A stretch of 64,000 nt of DNA from Clostridia bacterium (lineage in GTDB: Bacteria; Bacillota; Clostridia; Christensenellales; CAG-138), in contig JAFOTD010000017.1 in the NCBI GenBank assembly GCA_017388175.1, positions 14,940-78,939 on the forward strand, in the 5' to 3' direction. Positions 27,552 through 36,207 of this stretch are shown piece by piece. The notes under the pieces are model-generated. The model was not told the DNA's origin. It saw only the letters and a program-made list of their open reading frames with translations, and did not search any database. The position numbers were made by a program, and so were the translations under genes. Numbering within the stretch: position 1 is the stretch's first letter; each line of letters starts with the position of its first letter.

Positions 27552-29080
27552 TTTGCCGCCTCCTTCTTCTTCATATCGTCCAGAACATTCTTCGCGGCCT
27601 TTCTGCCGTTGGTGACCGCCGGTCCCATGCCATCGCCGGAGATCTGGTGCGCGCCCGCGAACTCAAGCCCTTCGATGAACTTCTCCTTCTCGGCGGTCTG
27701 CAGCCTCGCAACGATGTGATCCTCCATCGTGTGCGCGTAACCGTAAATGCAGCCGTTCCACATGCCGGTGTAATGCGCGACGGTCATCGGCGTTTCGATG
27801 ACGATCTCAAGCACGTGGTCGAGAAGGTTCACGCCGAGGTACTTGCTCATATCGTCGATCATCTGCTTTGCGACGGCGTGCTTGACGCGGTCGTAATCGT
27901 CCGCCGAAACGGTCTTCCACCCGTCGACACGCGGCAGCGTGGTGATCGAGAACGAGCACGTGCCCTCCGGCGTCGCGTCCGGATTGCCGAAGTTATGGCA
28001 GATGCAGGTGAGATAGCGGTACGGTCCGAGCCCCGCAAGATCCTTGTACAGCGCGTCGGTGTCCATCGTGTCGCCGCGGAAGATGCTGTAATCGTGGATG
28101 TTCAGCTCCTCCGCCGGCTTGTCGAGGATCATGATGACCGAGAACGCCGTGAGGCTCAGCCTGCGGCCGTTGACCATCTTAATCGCCTTTTGGGGAACTT
28201 CGCTCAAAGGCTCGATCATCGAGGTATAGACCTTATTCGGGTATGCCGCCGAGATGACATAATCCGCGTGGATCTCGTCTCCGCGCGCGGTGCGGACGCC
28301 GTAGACCCTGCCGTTCTTTACGAGAATCTTTTCAACGTGCTGGCGGTATTCGATCTGTACGCCCATCGCCTCTGCGCGCTCCGCCATCTTGAGGCTCATC
28401 TCGTGGCTGAACTTGCGCGGGATGTACGAGCCGTAGCCGATATAATCCGCCATCAGCACGGAGAAGATCGTGAACGGAAGCTCTTTGAATCCGGTGCCGA
28501 CGTAGATCCAATACGGCGCTAAAAGATCCTGCGCCTTCTTGGGAAGATCGAATGTGTCGAGCACCTCCTGCGTCGAATAGCCCGCGGTCTTGACGAACGC
28601 CTCGTGCTTTAAAAGCATCTGCACCTTGCTCATCGGATGGATCGAAAGCTCGTTGACGCTGTCGAACACCGTGTGGCAGAGGTTCAGCACCTTCAGCACC
28701 TTTTCGTACGTGCCGGGAACCTCTTTATCGACTTCCCTTGCAAACGTCTCAAGCCCCGGATGCAGGGTGACTTCGATGCCGGGCAGACTTGCGTGATACG
28801 CTTCGGGAACCTTGAGCCAGTCGATGTTGACGCCCATGTCCTCGAGAAACTTCCCGACCTTCAGACGGTTGCCCTCGGGACCGATACTCATCATCTCATG
28901 CAGAGCCGCCTCGATCTCGATCCCGCCGCGCACAAAGCTTGTCGCGATGCCGCCGGGCAGGTTGTGGCGCTCGAGCACCAGCACGTCCTTGCCCTTCTCG
29001 GCCAGCATCAGCGCGGATGAAAGGCCGGCGAGCGCACCGCCGATGACGATGACATCATAGTGATCTTTGTAGAATTTCAT
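27548..29080 (-). CDS. phytoene-desaturase (CrtI)/RetSat-family FAD-dependent oxidoreductase, candidate C=C saturase
   Basis: YDVIVIGGALAGLSSALMLAEKGKDVLVLERHNLPGGIATSF (N-terminal FAD fold of the CrtI family) and the C-terminal FAGAHQISGDGMGPAVTNGRKAA. 510 aa. Confidence 0.7.
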   Translation of the reverse strand: MKFYKDHYDVIVIGGALAGLSSALMLAEKGKDVLVLERHNLPGGIATSFVRGGIEIEAALHEMMSIGPEGNRLKVGKFLEDMGVNIDWLKVPEAYHASLPGIEVTLHPGLETFAREVDKEVPGTYEKVLKVLNLCHTVFDSVNELSIHPMSKVQMLLKHEAFVKTAGYSTQEVLDTFDLPKKAQDLLAPYWIYVGTGFKELPFTIFSVLMADYIGYGSYIPRKFSHEMSLKMAERAEAMGVQIEYRQHVEKILVKNGRVYGVRTARGDEIHADYVISAAYPNKVYTSMIEPLSEVPQKAIKMVNGRRLSLTAFSVIMILDKPAEELNIHDYSIFRGDTMDTDALYKDLAGLGPYRYLTCICHNFGNPDATPEGTCSFSITTLPRVDGWKTVSADDYDRVKHAVAKQMIDDMSKYLGVNLLDHVLEIVIETPMTVAHYTGMWNGCIYGYAHTMEDHIVARLQTAEKEKFIEGLEFAGAHQISGDGMGPAVTNGRKAAKNVLDDMKKKEAAK

Positions 29081-29102
29081 AGCTTCTCCTTATGCAAAAT
29101 AT

Positions 29103-29125
29103 GAGGGAGCGTAAGCCGCTCCCTC
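29103..29125 (-). terminator. intra-operon GC-rich hairpin (possible attenuator or processing site)
   Basis: Minus strand reads GAGGGAGCG-gctta-CGCTCCCTC followed by ATATTTTGC. It lies in the 59-nt gap between the isomerase-like and CrtI-like genes. Confidence 0.35.
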
Positions 29126-29139
29126 CGGGAATCCGTATC

Positions 29140-30528
29140 TCAGAAGAACCGTTCGACCAGCTCGCGGGAATATTCCGCGGTCTCGTCCATATCGCCGAAG
29201 CTCATGATCTCGCCGGCATAGAACGTGTCGTACTTGTCCTGCATTGCCTCGACCTTTTCGTACCAGCCCGCGGCATAGTCCTCGGAGAAGACATGCGGGA
29301 AATAGTAGACGCTCCACTCGTTGACAACGTTGCTTGCCGGGTTCTTCATGATCTTCAGATCTTCGAGAACCATCTTCTTGCATTCGTCGTACGGGATTTC
29401 CTTGGTGTCCTTGTGCTTTCTCAGCGCATAGGTGGTGATGACCTGATCCTTCGTATCCTTCCAGCGGCGATAATAGACCATCAGATGACCGAGACGTTCC
29501 TTCTGCATGTTCTCAAACACGTAGTAGGAAATCTCCGGGTGATCCTCGGGCTTCGTCTCGACCGCGAGCACGTCGTAGCGCTCGTAATCGATCTTGCTGA
29601 ACAGTTCCTTCTCGTCCTCGCGCGCGTCGAAGTAATCGACCATGCCGACCTGACCGTCCGCACGCTTGTTCGGGATGTACAGCGGCGCGGTGACGATGAT
29701 CTTATCGTACTCTTCGACTTTGCCGTTGACCGTGACGAACACCTTGCCGTCCTTGCGCTCGACCTTCTCGATCTTCGAGTTGAGTCTTGCCGGATGCTTC
29801 AGATGATCGTTGAGCTGTTCCCAGATGTACTGCGTGCCGTTCTTCCACGTCCAGAGGTTGACCTTGACGAAGTTCATCGTGGTCTGGAAGTCCAGATACT
29901 TCAGGACGTATGCCGCCGGGATCTCATCGAAATAGCCGTAGCCGAAGGACGTGTACGGCCCGATCCAGATGTCCTGCGTCAGCTCGACGCCGTTCAGCTT
30001 GCAGAAATCCTTGAACGGCATGCAGAGATCCTTGAGGTTCGGGTTCTCGCCCTTTACCGGCTCACGCTTCGCGTTTGCCTGGGAGAAACCGTCATAGCGG
30101 CCTTCGGAAACGCCGCGGTGACCGTTGACGTCGTAGCCCTTATATTTGGTTTCGAGGATCTCGCCGAGCTTCTTGACCTGCTTTTTCATTTTCAGCAGAC
30201 GCGGGATCTTCAGAATGTTCTTCTTCGGCTCGAACGGCTCGATGACCTTGCCTTCTTTATTTTTGTAGTTACGGTTGAGTTTCGGGCCGTCGTGCGTGAT
30301 GCCGCAGAACTCTTCGACGTCATGGACCGCATAGTAGCTCGGTACGCCCATGATCGCGCCCATCTCATAACGGCGTCCGTTGTAGGTCGGAGACCAGCAC
30401 TTGCCGCCGACGCGGTCCAGACGCTCGAGGATCGTGTAATTCTCATAGCCCTTCTTTTCGAGATACATGCCGGCAGAAAGACCCGCGGGGCCGCCGCCGA
30501 CGATACAGATGCGAATGTTCTTGTCCAT
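29140..30528 (-). CDS. FAD-dependent polyenoic (linoleic) fatty-acid isomerase, Cutibacterium acnes PAI-like
   Basis: IRICIVGGGPAGLSAGMYLEKKGYENYTILERLDRVGGKCWSPTYNGRRYEMGAIMGVPSYY, IPAAYVLKYLDF, ERLGHLMVYYRRW and SEDYAAGWYEKVEAMQDKYDTFYAGEIMSFGDMDETAEYSRELVERFF match, from memory, long blocks of the P. acnes polyunsaturated fatty acid isomerase. This needs confirmation by alignment. Confidence 0.7.
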   Translation of the reverse strand: MDKNIRICIVGGGPAGLSAGMYLEKKGYENYTILERLDRVGGKCWSPTYNGRRYEMGAIMGVPSYYAVHDVEEFCGITHDGPKLNRNYKNKEGKVIEPFEPKKNILKIPRLLKMKKQVKKLGEILETKYKGYDVNGHRGVSEGRYDGFSQANAKREPVKGENPNLKDLCMPFKDFCKLNGVELTQDIWIGPYTSFGYGYFDEIPAAYVLKYLDFQTTMNFVKVNLWTWKNGTQYIWEQLNDHLKHPARLNSKIEKVERKDGKVFVTVNGKVEEYDKIIVTAPLYIPNKRADGQVGMVDYFDAREDEKELFSKIDYERYDVLAVETKPEDHPEISYYVFENMQKERLGHLMVYYRRWKDTKDQVITTYALRKHKDTKEIPYDECKKMVLEDLKIMKNPASNVVNEWSVYYFPHVFSEDYAAGWYEKVEAMQDKYDTFYAGEIMSFGDMDETAEYSRELVERFF

Positions 30529-30686
30529 ACATTTCCTCCCACTGATTTGTGTTGATTCACAGCATTTTTATTATAACGCGCTCCCGCCGGAAATGCACGA
30601 ACTTTTTGCGTTTTTTATCAGAAAAAATGAAAAAATCTTTCTTTCTTCCGGAGAACATGATAAAATAAACGCCGGAGGTGAATGCT

Positions 30687-32045
30687 ATGCGGTTTGCGGA
30701 TTTTTCCGCGCTTCTTGCGCATTGGGCCGATCAGTCCCCCGACGCACCCGCTCTGATGTATGATCAAAACGGCACGAAAAAAGTCTGTTCCTTTTCGGAG
30801 CTGGATCGGCGCGTCCGGTTTCGGGCGGACGTATTGAAATCCGAACGGAAGCAGACGCTCGGCATCCTGTGCGACGGCAGTTTCGACTGCGTCGTTGAGA
30901 TCTTCGCCTCGGTCCTTTCGGGGCGTCGAACCGTTCTTCTGAGCGAAAACGCGCCGGACGCGGCTCTTGCGGAAATGGTCAGGGAAGCCGAGCTCGACGC
31001 GCTTTGGGGCGATTCGGAGCTTCGCGCGGACCTTGCGCCGTATCTTTCCGGATCGGCGGAAGGCGGCGAAAACCAGATCCTGTTTTTCACTTCCGGCACG
31101 ACGAACCGCGCAAAGGCTGTTGTTCTGACCGACGCGTCCCTGACGGCAAGCGCTTACAACGGCGCCGCGCTTCTGCCGCTCTCCCCGTCCGACACGCTTT
31201 TATGCATGCTACCGCTCGATCACGTCTTCGGCTTTGTCTGCGGACTTTTATGGGGGCTTTCCTGCGGCGCCTGCGTCGCGCTCTCCCGCGGGGCGCGGCA
31301 TTACGGCGACGATTGCGTCTATTTCCGTCCGACGGCGCTGTCCGCCGTCCCCGCGCTTTTGGGCTTTCTTCTGAAGTACCGCGCCTTGAACCCGGAGCTT
31401 AAAACGCTCCTTCTCGGCGGCAGCGGCTGTCCGGAACCGATCCTGCGCGCCGCAAAAACGACCGACGCGCGTGTATGCTTCGGATACGGGCTGACGGAAA
31501 CGAGTTCCGGCGTCGCGCTGTCGCTCGGCGAGGGCGATCCGTACGCGATGACGGTCTGCCCGGACGACGCGATCACAATCGCGCCGGACGGCGAGGTGCT
31601 GATCGAAGCGCCCACCTGCATGATGCAGGGCTACTGGCGGCACCCCGAGGACACCGAAGCGGCGCTCCGTGACGGCGTTCTGCATACGGTCGATCTCGGA
31701 TATCTCGATGAGAACGGAAAACTGCATCTCAGCGGCCGCAAGAAGGAGATCCTTGTCCTGTCCGACGGCACAAAGCTGTTCCTTCCCGAATACGAGCAGG
31801 CGCTTTCCGCCGCGCTCGGCGGCGAGGCGCTGTGCGTGCTTCTGATCGACGATCAGCCGATTCTGGTGCTCGAAGGCGAAATGCGCGAAACCGCGCCGAT
31901 CTGGGAGAAGATCCGCCCGGTGCTCGACGAGCGCGCGCGCAACCAGCAGATTCGCAAGATTGAGTTTTACGAAAAACCGCTTCCGCGCACGGCAAGCGGA
32001 AAAATCATGCGTTGGGCGATCCAACGGGAAAGAGAGGGGTTATGA
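30687..32045 (+). CDS. class-I adenylate-forming enzyme (acyl-AMP ligase, probable acyl-carrier-protein loading enzyme)
   Basis: FFTSGTTNRAKAVV (A3), GYGLTETSSG (A5), DLGYLDENGKLHLSGRKKE (A8), LPRTASGKIMR (A10). The track start at 30678 is GTG inside the RBS; ATG 30687 follows GGAGG by 8 nt. Confidence 0.8.
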   Translation: MRFADFSALLAHWADQSPDAPALMYDQNGTKKVCSFSELDRRVRFRADVLKSERKQTLGILCDGSFDCVVEIFASVLSGRRTVLLSENAPDAALAEMVREAELDALWGDSELRADLAPYLSGSAEGGENQILFFTSGTTNRAKAVVLTDASLTASAYNGAALLPLSPSDTLLCMLPLDHVFGFVCGLLWGLSCGACVALSRGARHYGDDCVYFRPTALSAVPALLGFLLKYRALNPELKTLLLGGSGCPEPILRAAKTTDARVCFGYGLTETSSGVALSLGEGDPYAMTVCPDDAITIAPDGEVLIEAPTCMMQGYWRHPEDTEAALRDGVLHTVDLGYLDENGKLHLSGRKKEILVLSDGTKLFLPEYEQALSAALGGEALCVLLIDDQPILVLEGEMRETAPIWEKIRPVLDERARNQQIRKIEFYEKPLPRTASGKIMRWAIQREREGL

Positions 32046-32296
32046 CCCGCAGAGAAGAAATCCTGAACAAGACAAAAGAAATCATCGTCGAATCGCTGCC
32101 CGAGCTCGAAGGGCAGGAATTTGATGAAAGCACCGTGATCAACACGGACACCGGCATCGATTCGATGGGCTTCACCCTGATCATCTGCCGTCTCGAAGCG
32201 GCGTTCGACGTCCGCATCCCGAACCGCCAGTGGCAGAAGCTGTCCACGCTGGGCGACGTCGTCAGCGCGATCGAAAAGCGCATGCCGAACAAATGA
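32042..32296 (+). CDS. acyl/peptidyl carrier protein (phosphopantetheine attachment)
   Basis: 84 aa. TGIDSMGFTLIICRLEAAF contains the DSxG Ser attachment motif. The ATG overlaps the ligase stop (ATGA). Confidence 0.8.
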   Translation: MTRREEILNKTKEIIVESLPELEGQEFDESTVINTDTGIDSMGFTLIICRLEAAFDVRIPNRQWQKLSTLGDVVSAIEKRMPNK

Positions 32297-33015
32297 GCGT
32301 TTACGAACAGGATTACCGCATCAAAAGCTCGGATGCGGACGCAAAGCAGCGGCTTCGGATCTCCCGCATGTTCACCATACTGCAGGAGGTCTCCATCGAG
32401 CACACGACGGAGCTTAAAATGGGCCGCGATATGACGATGGACCGCGGGCTTTTATGGATCGTGACGCTGCAGCAGGCAAAGATCGCAAGGATGCCGGTGT
32501 ACGACGAGCCGGTGCACATCGCAACGTGGCCGGGAAACACCATGCACATTCTGTTCCCGCGCTATTACCGCATCACGGACGCGGACGGAAACGCGCTGGT
32601 CGAAGCAAGCTCTCTGTGGGCGCTGATGGACGCGAACACGCGCAAGGTCATCTTCCCCGAAGAGCATGGCGTCGCCATTCACGGCATGCGTACCGGAAAG
32701 GAAATTCCGCTTCCGCGCGCGCCGAAATACCCGCAGGCCGAAACAGCCGAGTCGTTTACCGTTCCGTACAGCTACGTCGATCTGAACGGGCACATGGGCA
32801 ATACCCGCTACTTCGACCTTGCGGAGGACCGCATGCCGCCCTCGTTCCGCGAAAAGCGGCTCGTCGGCATTCAGACCGAGTATGCGCGGGAAGCGCTTGC
32901 CGATACCGAGGTTCTGCTGAAGAGCGAGGTTCTGGGCGACACGTTTCTGCTCGCCGGAGAATATGAGGGTCAAAAGCTGTTCCGGCTGAGTCTCGCCTTT
33001 GCGCCGGACGCCTGA
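32293..33015 (+). CDS. acyl-ACP thioesterase (FatA/B-type double hotdog)
   Basis: YEQDYRIKSSDADAKQRLRISRMFTILQEVSIEHT...GLLWIVTLQQAKIARMPVYDEPVHIATWP...VDLNGHMGNTRYF is typical of the acyl-ACP thioesterase family. The ATG overlaps the carrier protein stop (ATGA). Confidence 0.8.
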   Translation: MSVYEQDYRIKSSDADAKQRLRISRMFTILQEVSIEHTTELKMGRDMTMDRGLLWIVTLQQAKIARMPVYDEPVHIATWPGNTMHILFPRYYRITDADGNALVEASSLWALMDANTRKVIFPEEHGVAIHGMRTGKEIPLPRAPKYPQAETAESFTVPYSYVDLNGHMGNTRYFDLAEDRMPPSFREKRLVGIQTEYAREALADTEVLLKSEVLGDTFLLAGEYEGQKLFRLSLAFAPDA

Positions 33016-33031
33016 TCGAAAGGAGAACGCC

Positions 33032-34291
33032 GTGCAGCTTCGCAATATGACGCTCTATTCAATCTTCATCCGCAACTTCGGCGGCACGTTCGCCGCGGTC
33101 GAAAAGGACCTTCCCCGCATCCGCGCGCTCGGCGCCGACGCGATCTGGCTTTTGCCGATCCATCCGATCGGAGAAGCGAAGCGCAAGGGTACGCTCGGCT
33201 CGCCCTACGCCATCAGGGATTATCGCGCCGTCAATCCGGAATTCGGCACGATGGAAGATTTCGCGCGGCTTTGCGAAACGGCGCACGCGCTCGGGATGAA
33301 GGTTCTGATCGACGTCGTGTACCACCATACCTCGCCCGATTCCGTACTCAATAAAACGCATCCCGAATACTTCTATCAAAAGCCGGACGGGTCGTTCGGC
33401 AACCACGTCGGCGATTGGAGCGATATCATTGACCTTGATTTTTCCATGCGTCCGCTTTGGGATGAGCTCATAGACACGCTCTGCTTCTGGGCGCGGTACG
33501 TCGACGGCTTCCGCTGCGACGTCGCTTCGCTCGTTCCGCTCGGGTTCTGGCTCGAGGCGCGCAGGCGCGTGGAAGCAGTCCGCCCCGGCTGTATCTGGCT
33601 TGCCGAATCGGTCGAGCATGATTTCATTCGCTATATGCGCGCGCAGGGGCTCGACGCGCTCTCGGATTCAGAGCTGTATCAAGCGTTCGATGTCCTCTAC
33701 GATTACGACGTATATCCTGATTTCATCGCGTACACGGAGGGCCGTATTCCGCTGTCCGCGTACGTCGCCGCGTTGATCAGGCAAGAAAGCACCTATCCCG
33801 CGGATTACGTCAAGCTGCGCTGCACCGAAAACCATGACCGAAAGCGTACCGCGGCGCTGTTTCCCAATCCCTCCGTGCGGGAAAACTGGATCGCGTGGAA
33901 CTTTTTCCAGAAGGGCATGCCGATGCTCTATTGCGGGCAGGAGTGGGGCGTTGATCACACTCCGTCGCTGTTCGACGCGGACCCCGTCCCCCGCGAGGGC
34001 GAACCGATGCACGAGGCGCTTTTGAAAACGCTGATCGCCATGAAAAAGGATCCGCTCTTCTCGGACGGCGTCTACACGGTCGAAGCGCGGGAGAACGACG
34101 TGATCGTCGCAAGCTGGACGCTCGAAAGCCGCAGGGCGGTCGGCGTATTCAGCATGAAGGGCTTTGCTTCCGAAACGGAGGTTCTGCTTGCCGACGGAAT
34201 GTACCGCGATCTGCTGTCCGGACAAACGCACCGGATCGCGGGCGGAAGGCTTGCCGTCTCCGGCTCGCCGCTGATTTTTCTCATCGGCTGA
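33032..34291 (+). CDS. GH13 alpha-amylase-family glycoside hydrolase
   Basis: GH13 conserved regions DVVYHHTS, GFRCDVAS, WLAES and CTENHD. GTG 33032 follows AAAGGAG; ATG 33047 is an alternative start. Confidence 0.8.
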   Translation: MQLRNMTLYSIFIRNFGGTFAAVEKDLPRIRALGADAIWLLPIHPIGEAKRKGTLGSPYAIRDYRAVNPEFGTMEDFARLCETAHALGMKVLIDVVYHHTSPDSVLNKTHPEYFYQKPDGSFGNHVGDWSDIIDLDFSMRPLWDELIDTLCFWARYVDGFRCDVASLVPLGFWLEARRRVEAVRPGCIWLAESVEHDFIRYMRAQGLDALSDSELYQAFDVLYDYDVYPDFIAYTEGRIPLSAYVAALIRQESTYPADYVKLRCTENHDRKRTAALFPNPSVRENWIAWNFFQKGMPMLYCGQEWGVDHTPSLFDADPVPREGEPMHEALLKTLIAMKKDPLFSDGVYTVEARENDVIVASWTLESRRAVGVFSMKGFASETEVLLADGMYRDLLSGQTHRIAGGRLAVSGSPLIFLIG

Positions 34292-34312
34292 CCGGGAAAT
34301 CCAGAATACACC

Positions 34313-34341
34313 TTGCGAACGGACGCAAAAGCAGCTATACT
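34313..34341 (+). promoter_or_regulatory. candidate promoter of the transketolase/malic enzyme operon
   Basis: TTGCGA-N17-TATACT, 36 nt upstream of ATG 34378 (RBS AGGAGGAAG). Confidence 0.5.
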
Positions 34342-34377
34342 GTTATATTAAGCAATCACCACCATCAGGAGGAAGCT

Positions 34378-35220
34378 ATGGAATTGAAAGAAAAACAGGC
34401 GATCGAAGCGTTTGCCCTGCGCATCCGCATGGCGGCGCTCGAAGCGATCCACTCGATCGGCTCCGGTCACGTCGGCGGCGTCATGAGCATTTCCGATACG
34501 CTCGCCGTGCTGTACGGCCGCGAGATGCGCGTACGTCCCGAGGATCCGAAATGGCCGGATCGCGACTACCTCGTCATGTCGAAGGGTCACGCGGGTCCCG
34601 CAGTATACGCAACGCTCGCGCTGAAAGGGTTCTTCCCGTATGAAGAGCTGAAGACCTTAAACCGCGGCGGCACGCGGCTTCCGAGCCATTGCGACCGCAA
34701 CAAGACCCCGGGCGTGGATATGACGACCGGATCCTTGGGCCAGGGCACCTCGCAGGCGGCGGGCCTTGCGCTCGGAAACAAGCTCAAGGGCAGAAGCAGC
34801 CGCGTCTTCCTGATCGTCGGCGACGGCGAAATGCAGGAAGGTCAGTGCTGGGAATCCTTTATGTTCGCAAGCGCGAAAAAACTCTCTAATCTCGTCGTGC
34901 TGATCGACTGGAACAAGAAACAGCTTGACGGAACCCTCGAGGAGGTTCTCCCGATGGGCGATTTCGTCGCCAAGATGGAAGCGTTCGGGTTCGATACCGT
35001 CAAGGTCGACGGCGGCGACGTCGAAGCGATCGCAGCGGCTCTGGAGCGCACGAGAAACGGCGGCGACAAGCCGTACGCGATCGTGCTCGACACCGTTAAG
35101 GGACACGGCGTTGCCGAGGTTGAAAACACCGCGATGAACCACAGCATGCCGGTGACCGACGAGCGCTTTGCGAACTGGACCGCGGAGCTGAAGGATAAGC
35201 TTGCTGCATTGGAGGGCTGA
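34378..35220 (+). CDS. transketolase, N-terminal (TPP-binding) subunit
   Basis: GSGHVGGVMSISDTLAVLY...MSKGHAGPAVYATLA...GSLGQGTSQAAGLA...IVGDGEMQEGQCWE. Confidence 0.9.
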   Translation: MELKEKQAIEAFALRIRMAALEAIHSIGSGHVGGVMSISDTLAVLYGREMRVRPEDPKWPDRDYLVMSKGHAGPAVYATLALKGFFPYEELKTLNRGGTRLPSHCDRNKTPGVDMTTGSLGQGTSQAAGLALGNKLKGRSSRVFLIVGDGEMQEGQCWESFMFASAKKLSNLVVLIDWNKKQLDGTLEEVLPMGDFVAKMEAFGFDTVKVDGGDVEAIAAALERTRNGGDKPYAIVLDTVKGHGVAEVENTAMNHSMPVTDERFANWTAELKDKLAALEG

Positions 35221-35224
35221 AACG

Positions 35225-36187
35225 ATGACGAAGGTAGTTTATAACGGAGAAATGGATCCGCGTCTCTGCAAGGATGTAATCGGTCAGACGGTCGCAAGCC
35301 TCTCGGAGAGCGATCCGGACGTGATCTTTCTGGACGCCGACCTTATGAGCTGCTCCGGCACGCTGAAATGGTCGAAAACGCACGGCGACCGCGCGATCGA
35401 CTGCGGCATCGCCGAGTCGAACATGGCGGGCGTCGCGGCAGGGTTGGCCGCCGCGGGCTTCAAGCCGATCATCCACAGCTTCGGCACGTTCGCTTCGCGC
35501 CGCTGCTACGACCAGGTCTTCCTGTCCGGCGGCTACGCAAAGAATGATATGACCGTCATCGGCACCGATCCCGGCGTTACCGCCACGATGAACGGCGGCA
35601 CGCATATGCCGTTTGAGGACGTCGCGATGTACAACGCGCTGCCCCACGCGACCGTGATCGACGCGTCCGATCCGACCTGTCTTGAAAGCGTTCTGCGCCA
35701 GTGCGTGAATCGCCCCGGCGTCAAGTACATCCGCGTCGGCAGAAAGCAATACGCAAAAATCTATGAGGAGGGCTCGGAGCTTCCGATCGGCAAGGCCGTC
35801 ACGCTCCGCGAAGGAACCGACGTCGCGATCTTTGCGGCGGGCATCATGCTGCACGAAGCCATGAAAGCGGCGGCAGCGCTGGAAGCCGAGGGCGTTTCCT
35901 GCGCCGTCGTGGACTGCTTCACGATCAAGCCGATCGATGCGGACGCGGTCGAAGCGTGGGCAAAGAAATGCGGCGCGGTCGTCGTCGCGGAGAATGCGAA
36001 CCGTCACGGCGGTCTGTATGACACGATCCTTGAGGTGCTTGCGGAGCGCTGTCCCGTTCCCGCCGCGTGCGTCGCGGTCGAGGACGAATTCGGCGAAGTC
36101 GGCACGCAGGGCTACCTTCAGGAGCGCTTCGGGCTGACCGCCGCGCATATCGAAGCGCAGGTCAAGGCCGTACTCAGAAGAAAGTAA
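35225..36187 (+). CDS. transketolase, C-terminal (pyrimidine-binding) subunit
   Basis: DCGIAESNMAGVAAGLAAAGFKPIIHSFGTFASRRCYDQV...; follows the N-terminal subunit after a 4-nt gap. Confidence 0.9.
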   Translation: MTKVVYNGEMDPRLCKDVIGQTVASLSESDPDVIFLDADLMSCSGTLKWSKTHGDRAIDCGIAESNMAGVAAGLAAAGFKPIIHSFGTFASRRCYDQVFLSGGYAKNDMTVIGTDPGVTATMNGGTHMPFEDVAMYNALPHATVIDASDPTCLESVLRQCVNRPGVKYIRVGRKQYAKIYEEGSELPIGKAVTLREGTDVAIFAAGIMLHEAMKAAAALEAEGVSCAVVDCFTIKPIDADAVEAWAKKCGAVVVAENANRHGGLYDTILEVLAERCPVPAACVAVEDEFGEVGTQGYLQERFGLTAAHIEAQVKAVLRRK

Positions 36188-36207
36188 TACATAACAGGAG
36201 ATACAAC

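Noticed and set aside
30529-30686. Looked for a shared operator or regulator-binding palindrome and clear divergent promoters between the isomerase operon and the acyl-carrier module.
   Set aside because: Only a TGaTAAAAT extended -10-like element was seen near 30653-30661. There is no convincing -35 or palindrome, and no regulator gene is adjacent.
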